A stretch of DNA of 64,000 bases from Rhynchobatus australiae. Lineage: Eukaryota. The stretch is taken from assembly GCA_034780895.1 (NCBI GenBank), contig JAUZTB010000001.1, positions 106,177,204-106,241,203 on the forward strand. Direction: 5' to 3'. A model generated the notes under the pieces. It saw nothing but the letters and a program-made list of their open reading frames with translations. It had not been told where the DNA came from and ran no database searches. Shown piece by piece: positions 51,730 through 64,000 of the stretch (its first letter is position 1; every line of letters starts with the position of its first letter). Made by a program: the position numbers and the translations under genes.

Positions 51730-52110
51730 CACTGCTTGGGATGAACACCCAAGGTAGGAGGTGGAATCCTCTTAATGAAGGATCGATTAGTTCATTGTCA
51801 GTAACTTATAACCAGGATGGAACCTCTCCCAGCATGTGAGTATGGGATCAGTGAGCGTGGGACCACTGACTGAGACAGACCAAACAACTATCCCATGGCT
51901 GTCTTCATTCTGCAGGCCATAAGTAGTGCACCATGTGGTTAAAATGGAGAGCTCACTCCCAAAAGTAGCTGAGGTGCTCAGCAGTTGAGGAGAAGCTGGA
52001 TAAAACTAAGGTGGTAAAAAGAATGGGAGATACATTGATGGGCTTCAATGAAACAGCTTGGAGGAGGCTTGTAAGCACCCTATATGTGAGCCATAGACCT
52101 TATGGGACAG
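51730..52110 (+). mobile_element. Possible RTE-type LINE 3' remnant
   Basis: Ends with tggaggaggcttgtaagcacccta (WRRLVSTL), resembling RTE C-termini. Heavily decayed. Confidence 0.3.
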
Positions 52111-52479
52111 AAATTCGGAAACTTGTTCCACTCATCTCTTCACATCCCACTGACGGTTGATAAATTCGCAGCTGTTTAGCACTTGTGAACAGTGATGAAT
52201 TTTCTTTTCTTATGTGAGATTCTATGCAAGTTTTATTTGTATAAATTCCCACTACCTTCTACAACCAAAACTCCTAGAGCNNNNNNNNNNNNNNNNNNNN
52301 NNNNNNNNNNNNNNNNNNNNNNNNNNNNNNNNNNNNNNNNNNNNNNNNNNNNNNNNNNNNNNNNNNNNNNNNNNNNNNNNACCAATAAAATTTCTTATAC
52401 ATCCTATTAAACAAAAAAAAAAATGGAATCTTAAAACCCTTGACTGAACTGATGAAGCACCCCAGAGATCAATTCTTGG

Positions 52480-53495
52480 CCCTCAATCGTTTATTATTTA
52501 GATTAGTGACGTGGAGGAGGGAATAAAATGAAAGGTTTCCAGATTTGGCAATGATACAAAAATAGGTGGAAGGGCCTGTTGTGATGACGACATTGTGAAT
52601 GGACAACAGGATATGGATAGATTGATTAACTGGGTGAAAATGAGGTTTAACGTGGGGAATTACGAGGTCATGAAGTTCAGCAAGAAGAATTAAAAATCAA
52701 TAATGTCTGAATGGGAGAGACTACAAATGAGTGAAGTTCAGATGGATGTTGTGATCTAGTGCAAGGGTCACAAGAAGTTAACAGGCAGATCCAACAATAA
52801 GTTATGAAGGCAAACATCATGTTGACCTTTATTGTGAAGGGGTTGGAGTTTGACAATAGGGGGGGTTTGTTTCATTTGTACATGGTGTGGGTGAGGCCAC
52901 GCCTGGAATACTCTGCACATGTTTGACCTCCTTACCTAAAAGAGGGATATAACAGCAATGGAGGCAATCCAGAGGAAATTCATCAGGCTAATTCCTGGGA
53001 TGAGAGGCTAGACAGTTTGGGCCTGTATTCCTTGGAGTTTAGAAGAATAAGAGGGTTGAGCTTATTCTGAGATATAAGGTCCTAAGGAGGCTTGATTGGA
53101 TTGATGTTGTGATGTTTACACTAGTGGGAGAGTCACAAACAAGGGGACATAATTACAACATAAGGGGATGGTCATTTAAAACAGGTGCATGGAAATTCCT
53201 TCTGTCAGAGGGTTGTGAACTCTGTAATTCTCTGCTCCTAGGGATGGTGGAGGCCAGATCATTAAAAAAATATATACAGAGAGTCCCTGGGTTACGAACA
53301 AGTTTCGTTTTCGAGACGGTTCGTAACCCGATTTTGTATGCAACTCGGAACAGTGTCCGCGCATGCGCACGTGGCCCAGNNNNNNNNNNNNNNNNNNNNN
53401 NNNNNNNNNNNNNNNNNNTAGAGCAGGATAAAATGTCAGCACAACATTGTGGGCCGAAGGGCCTGTACTGTGCTGTAATGTTCTGTGTTCTATTA
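52480..53495 (+). mobile_element. CR1 LINE 3' portion, interrupted by a DNA element and a gap
   Basis: FGNDTKIGG, VRPRLEYSA and GESQTRGH motifs. A CR1-type tail follows at 53420-53495. Confidence 0.85.
53277..53379. mobile_element. Tc1/mariner (pogo/Tigger-like) MITE left end
   Basis: TA followed by cagagagtccctgggttacgaac, a Tigger-type terminus, with an internal inverted copy gttcgtaaccc. CpG-rich, which suggests it is young. The right end is lost in the gap. Confidence 0.6.
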
Positions 53496-54884
53496 TCTTT
53501 TGTGTTCTTATGAATCTCCGAGCCTACAAACAATCGCATAAACACACCTTCGAGCTCTGTCATTTGTATTTTGCACATTCTGCTGCAAGTAACATTTATT
53601 TATGTATTTGGATCTACTGCATTCATTATTATATGAGTTATCTAAAGTGACAGTATCATTTGTGAAGTTCTGCTACCCTATCAATCTTATTTGGTGCAGC
53701 TTTATACGACATTAATAACTTTGCCAGTTGACGAAGATGGCAAGCACCTTGAGATAGCTGGACTACAATTCAGAGCAGGGAGAATAATTTAAACTCCAAA
53801 TAAAGCTGATCGGTTCTGAGATGATTAATCGAAGAAAAGTTGATTAAGATGATAAGCACTTCATGATCGTAGCTCTGAGCTGTCAGTACTGTGTGCATAC
53901 CTAATGACTATTGTTTAATCTGAAACACTAAAACAGTTTTTAAAAAAAAGAGGGGAATGTGTAGAACTTAGCAGGCAAAAGTATTTGGAGTGAGTATGGG
54001 TAGGTTACAAATGAAAATAGATGGAAAATGTGACCTCAGCTCACCTTTAACATACCCATTTCTGGCTCTGAAGTGGGTATTTTTGGGGTGGGTGGGAGAT
54101 GTCAGCTAACAATCTATAGGTGGACAGGTTATGAGCTGGTGTGCTCAAGATTCTGCCCTCTGTTTCAGAATTAATGTTGCTGGCTGGGTTTCTTGGAGAG
54201 CCTGACAACTGACAGGAAGTGTGAGTAACGATATGGTGGTATAATTACATGGTGTTCCAGCACAGCTTGTGGACCAGGAAGAGCAGGTACTTCCCTACTA
54301 CCCCTTCCCCCTCAATCCTGCCTAGTTATTTACCCCACTCAGGACAAGTCTACCTCCCCCAGCTAACTCCCCTGGACTGATGTCTGATTATCTCACCTCA
54401 TTGTTGAACCACCCTACCTCTGACGTTTAACCTGCTTTGATGCCTGAAACCCCGACACTGCTGCCTAGCACTATCCTCCCTCCACCAACCCCCGAAGCGC
54501 AATTCCCCTCTCTTGATGTCTGCTTCACCCTTTGGTGTTTACCCACATTCTCAGACACTTGATTGTCCTGATGCCTACTCCCCATCTCAATGTCCAAATG
54601 TTACTCAGATGTTTGAACTTCCTCTCCCACCCCACTTTCCTTTGCTCTAATTCCGCCACTAATATCTGACTCCAATATCAACCGCCATCACTCATAGCAC
54701 AACAGTTGTTTTTAGTACCCCAATAACTTTCCCTGATCCCCAACTATTCCTGTAAATTAATGACTCTCCGCTGTCCAAATTGGACGCCCCCTCCCACCCC
54801 CATGTTCAACTTTACCCCTCCTTCTTCTCCTCCCCTGGACCTGACTCCAGCGTCAGACTACCCCAAATACCAATCACCCCAAAT

Positions 54885-55145
54885 ATTGATTTCCTCTATC
54901 ATTGGTTGTACCAGGGCTGCAATGTAAGTACTACCTGCAGAAACTCTCCAAGGCTTCTTCAATGATTACTATCACCCAAAGCAAAGGCAGCTGATCCTTG
55001 GAACCTGCAAGTTCCCTCTGAGTCACGTGCCATCCTGATTTGGATATATATTACTCATCTTGCATTGCTGGGTCATTTCTTAGTTTTCCCAACTGAGCAA
55101 CAGCAAGGACTATTTTCTTCCCAATCAGTTGCCCGAGGAAGTGGC
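54885..55145 (+). mobile_element. 3'UTR fragment of the 22935-23700 LINE family
   Basis: aactctccaaggcttctt..acctgcaagttccctctgagtcacgtgccatcctgatttgga. Confidence 0.55.
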
Positions 55146-55163
55146 TCAAAGAAATTGTGAATA

Positions 55164-55500
55164 GGTGGCACACTGCAGCAGCTAGCTGAGTTACTGCCTC
55201 ACAGTTCCAGCGACCCAGGTTTGATCCCAACCTCTGGTGCTGTCAGTGCGGAGTTTGCACATTCTCCCTGTGACCGCATGGGTTTCCCTCAGGGGCTTCC
55301 AATTTCTTCCTGCATCTCAAAGACCTGCAGGTAGGTAAGTTAATTGGCCACTGTTAACTGCCACTAGTGTGTAGGTAAGGGGTAGAATCTGGGGGGTAGT
55401 TGATGGGATTGTGATATTATGTTATGGGGAAAACTAGTGGGATAGTGAGATTGCTCTGTATGCTGGCATAGAATCAATGGGCCGAAAGACCTCTTTAGGT
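55164..55500 (+). mobile_element. V-SINE with CR1-type tail
   Basis: gtggcaca..gcctcacagttccagcgacccaggtttgatcc..ggagtttgcacattctccctgtgacc..atgggccgaa. Confidence 0.85.
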
Positions 55501-57169
55501 GTGGCATGGAGTGTCACACTGTGAAGTATGATGTCTGCATCCTGCCTATGTTCTCCGATTCTCTGGATTCTATTTCAATCTCTGCATTTCCTTCTCATCC
55601 CCTCTCAATCTCATAGACTGTGTCTGGAAGCAGAGTAAAAAATGAAGTCTGCCATTCTCTGACAAATTCTTCCAGGTTTCTTGGTTGCTATCCTTCACCC
55701 CCATCTCCCCCGATTATCAGGGAGTTAATAAATAAACATTAAACTCGGAACTAAATATGTGCAGACTAGTGAAGTTACAAAGTGTATATCATGATGATTT
55801 TGAAACTGATGTAAAATAAAAAAATCGGCTTTCATTATGCTTCTTTGGAGTGAGCTTTTTAAAGACAAGATATCATGATTCCATTGATCTCTTAACAGGG
55901 AAGAGCCAGATTCCCACTGGTATTGTTTTCCACTTGTATCCAAATGCTGCATGTTTTTAATTTACTTGAGCAGTGCACTCAGTGCTATTTCACCCACTCG
56001 TACAACACCACTGTTGTTATTGTGGGTGGACTGCATCAATATGATCTCCTCGGTTATGGATCCACATTTTGCAGCAAACGCTATTGTTGAATTCGGTCTT
56101 ATAAAACTCAAAACTACAGCGAGCTCTCACATTTAAAGGCAAAAGAATGCTTTAATAAATAGAACAAGGCAGCAATATTTCTGCTAATTTATATATTTCT
56201 TGTTGCATTGCTGCATATAAGAGGCCGGAAAGTCATGAATCCCTCAGCTCATTTGTTTTCTGCCCACTCAGCAATGTCTGAATTCCTGCTCCAGTTTCCT
56301 CCCCATCATATTTACTTGGGTAGCACATTTGAGACCTCAATTAGCATTGCAAATAATGTTCACAGATGGATGCTTACCCCTTTCCTATCTTCACACTCTG
56401 CGTGTAGATTACATTAATCTTTCTCATCTTAAATGGGTATTATAGGCCATCCTNNNNNNNNNNNNNNNNNNNNNNNNNCCCAAAGCTGTACTCTGCTCTT
56501 CTGTCCTCATGTATAGCTTATGAGGATTGCTTTCAATGGTGTCTTTTCCTTGAATTTAATGGAAGTGAAAGAAATGGAGAAGACATCAAACCTCACCCAT
56601 GACATGCTGCAAACACCTCCACAGGTCCAACTCCCACTGACTAAGAGAACTGCCTTGATGTACCTTGTCAGCAGGAAATGAAGTAAAGAATTGGACCATT
56701 TGTTTAAATGAGACCTACTATATACTTCACTGCAAGAAGGCGAGAGTTGTTTCCTTCAAACTAGCCAAATTCCTCATCTTACATGTTTCTAGCTTTTTAT
56801 GATCAAAATGCAGTTGTGAGTTTGCTGCCATCAGATATTTGGCGGCCTTGCTGGTACCACCAGCTTCTGTTCTATTCCATAAACGTAGTGACACAGCTGC
56901 TTGATTCACTACTGTGTTTCCCGAAATACTCATGTTGCTGGTTATTCTGTTGGTACGATGGAGCAGTTCTATATGCTGTTATGCACAGTGATCAGCAACA
57001 GATATGTTGCAGATTTGCCCTTGTTTCCTTGAAAAAAGTAACAATAATTTCACTTTAAGCAAGTTATCTGCATCTGTGGATTCCAAAGGCATTGGCTATG
57101 TAAGTGGATACCTTGTCAAGGAACAGAGCTGCTCTAGATAATGATGTCACTCTGATGACAAAGGTCAGT

Positions 57170-57595
57170 TATTAACAACATTGAATCAAAAGGCTGGAGG
57201 TTCCAGTCTTGCTCCAAAGACTTGAGCACAAACCCAGGCTGATACACCAGGGCAGGAATGAGGAAACCCTGGACAACCTGTGTTATGCTCTTTAAACCAA
57301 GGTCTCATCTGCTTTCTCAGGTGAATGTAAAAAATCCCAGAGATCTACTTTGAAGAGCAAGGATATTGTTATTGCTGGTGCCCTTGCCAATATTTAACTG
57401 TCATTCAACATTGTAAGTAACAGGATCATCCGATCATAATCGCACTAATGATATGTGAGATTGCTGTGTGAATCTTGGCTGTTATGTTTCCTTCAGGAAA
57501 AAGGTGACTGCACTTTAGAAGTAATCCATTGGTTGTACAGAGCTTCAGGATATTCTCAGGTCATAGATACTGCTCTATAAATAGAAGATTTTTAC
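57170..57595 (+). mobile_element. DeuSINE (SacSINE1-like), near full length, decayed
   Basis: tRNA-like head (ggttccagtc..ctccaaagacttgagcac), then Deu-domain ctcaggtgaatgtaaaaaatccc..gaagagcaagg..gccaatattta, ending cattggttgta..gctctataaatag. Confidence 0.75.
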
Positions 57596-59526
57596 TTTGT
57601 TCTACACAGACACAAGTAGAGCACATATGCTGTGAGGTCTATGCTACAATTGGATCATTAGAATGTACCATTAACTCTTTGAAGTAAAGCTTCAGATATG
57701 TCAGTGGATTAATTATAGTTTACAGTATTATCCATCAGAGTTTATCGGTCTCTTTATCTGCTGCTTGCTTCACACCTTTGCAATACAAAGGGGTGTATTC
57801 AGAAAGGAGGAGATCAACCCACAGAAAAGCCTGAACAATACTGAAACATGAAACAGACTGCACGACTGCAATGGCACTCCAGCTTTTCATTGATGGAACA
57901 TTTAACTAACGGACTGAATTCTCCTTTTTTGAAGGTTGCTTTTATCCAAATGGCTCTGAAAAAAATGGCCAGAAGCACTTTCTGCTGTACATTTCCTTAT
58001 CTAATACTGCTGTGCTCCCTCTGGTGAAGTACTGACTTACTCTGCCCATCTTCTTGTGTTTATTGTTGGGAGTGTACTGCAACCCAGCACCACAGGTGCT
58101 ACTACTTGGCTTTGGGCATAATATTGAAGGATTCCCAGCACCACTTGTACTGTTCTTCACACGGCCAGAAACTTAATGGAAAAGCATGAATTCATTGCCC
58201 AGAATAGAGAAAAATATTGCAGGTAATGCACTCATTATTCTCTTAGTAAATTGGAGTCTTCATACATTTTCCCTGTTGCTTTCTCATTGGATCTTAAAAT
58301 GTTTCAAAGTTTGGAAATCAAGATACCAGCTAATTTAACCATGAGTGAAATTAGGTTATGTAGCTGCAAGTGATCGCTTGTTCACCAAAGGGTGTGCTCC
58401 CATCCATAAGCTTTTAGCAAAATCATGTGCAATGTGCTTAGAATGATCTGAGAAACATGTGTAAGATTAATGCAGTGTGAATTAGGAAGTTACAATTTGT
58501 ACAACACTTCACTTGGGTTTATGTATTTCATACTATCTGTGTCGTATGTTGCCACTGATATACTGTATTAAAATGTTGCATTTTAATTCCTTCATCTACT
58601 TTTAAAAGTAATTTATCATAAACATAGAATGCCATGATTTATGTGAAGTGACTGACAGCTGTGTCCACATATATTTGGCTATTATATTATAAGAACCTTC
58701 TGTGTGACTTGGAATCGTACAAATGATGGGAGGGTACAGTTCAAAGATGGTTTACCGCCATTATTTATTATCAAACTTCTTTACATTTACAGATCCACTG
58801 ATGATAAAGTTAAAATGACTAAATATCTGAAACGTTTTCCAATTGTCTGTCATAACCTGTGGAGGAAGAACCAAGCACACCTTTTCTGCTTCTTTATTCA
58901 GCTCTACCATTGAAGTAACAGGGGATGGGTGGGAGAAGCTCCGTTGACATTCAACCATGAAGTCTGAAATCTTGCTCCAGTCTTCATTCTGGCAGTAAAT
59001 AGCTGGTCTTCAACACAGGACTGGAAAAGAAGGATGGGGGAGAGAGGGAGAAAGTATTCAGCTCAAAGCTCTGACTATTATGCTGTGCAGCATATTTGGT
59101 GAACCAGCTAGTCCTTACATTCCCATCAGTCTCTCACGATTATACAATTGGTACCAGTAAAAGGCGGTAAGGCCAAGGTGTTCGAATCTTGTTCTTCAGA
59201 TATTCACATCACTGTTGAACCATAGAGCTAGAAATCTAAACTGGGTCCATGACAGATGAATATAAATAACCTTGGAATTACTGCTGACAATGATAAGACA
59301 GTGCATTTGCAATGCACAACAGTTGTTTTATATGTACATTTGCCACTTCCTACTTAATTGCAGTTTTTTGAAATATTAAAGANNNNNNNNNNNNNNNNNN
59401 NNNNNNNNNNNNNNNNNNNNNNNNNNNNNNNNNNNNNNNNNNNNNNNNNNNNNNNNNNNNNNNNNNNNNNNNNNNNNNNNNNAGCACAAAAAAAGATTAC
59501 AGAATCTTGTTAATAAATTTATCTTA

Positions 59527-59586
59527 TGTTAGGTATCTATAGTGACCTATAGATACCTAACACTATAGATATATAGTATCTATAGT
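59527..59586. repeat. Tandem pair of perfect hairpins (16-bp and 10-bp stems)
   Basis: tgttaggtatctatag-tgac-ctatagatacctaaca, then actatagata-tatag-tatctatagt. Confidence 0.9.
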
Positions 59587-60082
59587 TCGAAACTAATTCT
59601 TCATTCTGAGGAATATTTATGCTTTCAGAAATCTGGAAGAATTGATGCAATTTATGGGATGGATCAGCACATTTGAGAATTCCTATATCACAGTCAGACC
59701 TAAGATCCATTAAGCTAGTCCAGTCTGTGTAAATCAGTGCATGTTCTCTTTATTGGAGATTGTAGTATGTGCATAAGTGTACATGGAAAAAAAGAGTTTA
59801 GTGTTTCATGGGTCGGTCTACCGTCAATTGTGCCAGAGGTGTTGATGTAACATCTACTTCAAAAGGCAGCCCCTCCTTTAACATAGCATGGAAGCTATGA
59901 TAAAATGCTCGATTCCTAGTTAGAAACAAGATTATTACACTGAGTTAAACATCAAATAGAAATGCTTCTTGCCTATATAGCACACTTATTTTTATCTTGG
60001 AAGTCCAGATTGTCAATGATATACTGTGGCTAACAGAAATCCACAAGAACAATTATTTTTTGTCACCTGAGGCAGGATAAAA

Positions 60083-61720
60083 CCATAAGACCCTAAGAAA
60101 CAGGAGCAGACTGTAGACCTTTGGCCCCCTTGAGCCCACTCCATAATTCAATAAACTCATGGCTGATACAATTTTCCTCAAGTCCACTTTTCCTCCCTAA
60201 TTAAAAATCTATCTCATCTTTGAATACATTCAAGGATTGAGCCTCCACAGCTTTCTGAGACATGGAATCTGAAAAGTTCTTTGAGGCAAGAAGTTCTTCC
60301 TCATCTCAGTCTTAAATATATGCCACATTCTGAGGCTATGCTCTTTGGGTCTGGACTCTCTCATGAGGGGAAACATCCTCCCAACATTTACCCTGTCAAG
60401 TCCTCTAAGAATCTCGCATGTTTCAATAATAATGCCTCTCATGTTTCTAAACTCTAANNNNNNNNNNNNNNNNNNNNNNNNNNNNNNNNNNNNNNNNNNN
60501 NNNNNNNNNNNNNNNNNNNNNNNNNNNNNNNNNNNNNNNNNNNNNNNNNNNNNNNNNAATAATGCCTCTCATGTTTCTAAACTCTAATGAGTACATTCAC
60601 AACCTGTTCAGTCTCACAGGACAATCCCTCCACACCCAAAATCATCCTTAGTGAATCTTCTTTGAATTGCCCCTTTCCTTTAATTATTGACCAGAATAAT
60701 ACAGAGTACTCTAAGTGTGATCTCACTGGTGCCTCGTACAGCTGCATAAGACTTCCCTACCTTTATACTTGAACCCCCTTGAAATAAAAGCCAACATTTC
60801 ACTAGCCTTCCTGATTACCAACTGCACTCTCTGTGTTTCATGTACAGGGAATCTCAAATCCATTTGTGCTGCAGCTTTCTACTGTCTTTTTCCATTTAAG
60901 TAATTATCTCTTTTATCATTCCTCCTTCCAAAGTGAGCAGCTTCACATTTTCCCACAATATATTCCATTTGGCAACTTTTGGCCCACTCACTTAACCAAT
61001 CAATACCCTCTCTAAACTGCCTGTATCCTCCTCACAGCTTGTCCTCTCACCTGTTCTGTATCATCCACAGATTTCGCTGGAGTACATTCACTTCTTTCCT
61101 TTCAATCAATAACATAGATTGAAAGCACCTGTGGCCCCAACCAGAAAATGACCTTTTTGTCCCTGGAGACACAGGCAACTGCAAATGCTGGAATCAGGAG
61201 CAACAAACAATCTGCTGGAGGAACTTAGTGGGTTGAGCAGCATCTATGGGTGGGGAGGGGTGGAAATTGTTGACTTTTTAGGTTGAGCCCTTTCATCAGG
61301 ATTGAGAGTGGTGAGGGAAGATCGCCAGTACAAGGGGGAGGAGTGAGACGTGTGTGTGATTGGTGTACCACCACTGGTTTCCCTTCATCCACGCCAACTG
61401 ATAGTTCCACAAAGAATTCTAATGCATTTGCCTGACATGATTTCCCTTTCATGAGGTCACACTGACACTGCTTGATCAGATTGCGGCTTTCCATATACTC
61501 TGCTATTATTTCCTTAATAATTGGTTGTAACTTTTTTCTGGTAATAGATGTTAGCCTAACCAGCCTATGGCTATACAGCTTTGCCTCCCACCTCTTTTGA
61601 AAAAGGATATCACATAGGCAGTGTTCTAATCCTCCAGTGCCTCTCTGGAATCTATGGAATTATTGGAAATTGCAGCCAGAGCATCTACTATCTCAGCCAA
61701 TATCCAAGAACCTCCTCTAA
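60083..61720 (-). mobile_element. CR1 LINE, interrupted by a Penelope-like terminus at 61165-61365
   Basis: accataagaccctaag tail, RGLDRVNVGRMFPL, and QCDLMKGKSCQANALEFF (a decayed SQHGF..GKSCLTNLLEFF). Confidence 0.85.
61165..61365 (-). mobile_element. Penelope-like terminal repeat
   Basis: Starts ggagacac like 5390 and 39005, and contains ttcatcagg (reverse complement cctgatgaa). Confidence 0.8.
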
Positions 61721-64000
61721 GTATGTCATAGTAAATCTTGTCAGCCATAAAGGCTGCTTGAGATTTGGCCAAGTAACCTTGTGTTGAGTGTTGGTGTAAA
61801 ATAATGCCAAACAAGGAAGCAGTGTTGATAACAGATGATGAAACCCTTTTCAAGGGCACTTAATGTCACTGAAATGCAGGTAGTTTTGGGGTGGAGGGGG
61901 GAATGGGGAAGGCAAATCCACATTATGACCCAGCCACTGATCCTCATTCTTCTTCTGATGCTGGCAATGGCAGATTGCTAAGCCAAAGGAAGCTGTGGCA
62001 GATGATGTTTCTGGTATGAGAATCACCTTGCCTCAGGCATCGCGCCCTCCACTAGCATGGGTCATGACTTGAACCAATAGAAGTTGCATTCAGAGACAGG
62101 TCATCGTTGCCTTTCTCTTGCTTGGATTCCTGCAGTATTAGTAGGTGCCCAGTAGATTTTTGAGTCCAGTGCCCTGAGGTCACTTGGACTCACACTTGTA
62201 CACTCATCTCCAATTTGTAATATTACTCCAATTATACTGTAAGATAAAGTAATTCCTAATGTTTACAACGTGGCCTGTAAACATTGCAAACATATGGTGA
62301 CTCAGTCATGTGCCATGCTCAATACTTTTGCACAGCTGTCTGGAGATCTTACTCACAGCTATGTTGCCTTTGGAAATTTTGACATATTTGTGTAAAATGA
62401 TCAATTATACATTTCTAGCCAAAGTCTAAATGTGAAGCCAATATCCATGAAACTCCTTTAAGTGTGTCATATGCTTCAATAACCATTTTGCTGCACTTTT
62501 GCAGATGATATGCATTGAATAGAAATTGAGGCTGAAGCGATCTGTTTAGTATGGAGTATGGTCACATAGCACCCAGGGAGAAGGCAGTAATAATGAGATG
62601 AAAAGAACCTTTGTGAAATTGGTAAAAGATGCTATAAAGGACAGCCATAAATCTTTACAGAAAATGTCACAGCAATATTTTAATAATTTCTGCAGAGGCA
62701 ATGTCGCTGTCAGTCGATATACTGTTAGCATAACTCTCAGCCTCATGTTTAATTCAACACCAAACCTGCAGAAAAATAACACCAAGTCAAAGCTTTACTA
62801 AAATTTCTTCACAGTGATCCCATAGCAACCATCACTAAACTATGAGCATGGTGGTGAATTACANNNNNNNNNNNNNNNNNNNNNNNNNNNNNNNNNNNNN
62901 NNNNNNNNNNNNNNNNNNNNNNNNNNNNNNNNCTATTTAAACAATTTTATATATAGCAAATAGTTTTTGTATGACTTGCACAATGCCAAGCATAGTTATT
63001 AGCCTAAATTTAATATAAGGGTTGTGTAATTTTATTTAATATGATTTCTGTTCTGTGCATGATGTATGTGACAAAACCTTACACTATGCCATTAATAATG
63101 TAACTGAAGAATATTTTTATGGAACTCTTGATGTAACTGATGCACTTTAATGTAAGTTCAATTCTTTTAACCCCCAAACCCCTGTATAACAAATAGAGTT
63201 CTGAATATAACAGCTTAAATTCTGTTTTGTTAAATAGTTCTTAGAACATGCAAATTATTTTACCACTTCAGTTTTTAAAAATGGAATAATCCATTTGGAT
63301 GTCCATTTGTAATCTCTGATGTGAAAATGTTTTCTATTTTCAGAGTGAGTTGAGTTACAGCCCCTCTAGATCTTGACTATCTGTATGTTTAGACATAAAG
63401 ACAAATCAGTAACATTGGTAAACTGAGAAGATTTGGTACCTTTGTGTATCTGGGAAATAACCTTGTTCTTAAAGGCTGAACAGTAAATTACATTCAATTA
63501 TTTTACCGTAAATTCCTTATTTCTCAGCCACATAGAGATAAGCATTTTTTCGGAAGTCCATATCAGGTTTGGGGTTGTGGATGTAGGGTGATGGTTAACT
63601 GTCTAAATTACTAAGCACCCTGACTTTTCTGACTAGCTACATTAGAGCATGTCTAGCTACATTTCCAGCATAACTGAAGCTGGAACAAAAATGAATGTTG
63701 CTGCCTTATTTATTTTTAATTTAGGCACAATCATAGCTAGAATTAATGTCCACTTCATGAGAAGCTTCACTCATTTCAGTTTCAGTAATTGTTTATGTAA
63801 AGGATTGATGAAATAATAGGAAGAAACAAAATTGGGGTCATGCAAGAGGAGATTAAATAATTTAAAAATATATTAAACAGTAGGAACTCCAAGATAGCAA
63901 CAGTGCAATTATTCCAATTATTTGCAATTGATGAAGACACAGCGAATAAAGCAGTGGAATAAATTACTGGAGAGATGCTTTAGGAAGAAAGGATTCTTAG

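Noticed and set aside
4950-63380. A multi-exon gene assembled from acceptor-like sites near 5080, 10953, 19293, 33118, 49222, 59020, 62766 (minus) and 63343 (plus)
   Set aside because: Most hit stop codons quickly or lack a good donor. No consistent phase chain or recognisable protein emerged.
1-64000. CRISPR arrays, operons, rRNA or other prokaryotic systems
   Set aside because: The sequence is vertebrate-type, with no regularly spaced repeat-spacer units, dense ORFs or rRNA-like segments.

Overview
Eukaryotic, AT-rich, repeat-dense sequence from a cartilaginous fish, probably a batoid (ray/sawfish/guitarfish). The taxon is inferred from the repeat families: CR1 LINEs, HE1-like V-SINEs, SacSINE1-like DeuSINEs and Penelope-like termini. 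It comes from a gapped short-read assembly. I found no protein-coding gene that I can recognise, so the window looks intronic or intergenic. The ORFs with recognisable protein similarity are decayed retroelement pieces (CR1/L2-group RT, Penelope GIY-YIG tail); the rest look like chance frames. A few isolated candidate exons with good splice signals are listed at low confidence. The most notable structures are: (i) fold-back Penelope-like mini-insertions flanked by 11-15 bp target duplications, carrying decayed minimal hammerhead-ribozyme motifs, including a recurring CUGAUGC variant; (ii) several short copies of nearby sequence (177 bp and 52 bp inverted, about 70 bp direct) placed 1-1.7 kb from their partners, two of them clearly inside older repeats, suggesting locally templated repair or template switching; (iii) assembly artefacts at gap edges. 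I see no convincing evidence of a wholly new gene system. Repeat boundaries are approximate and were read by eye.
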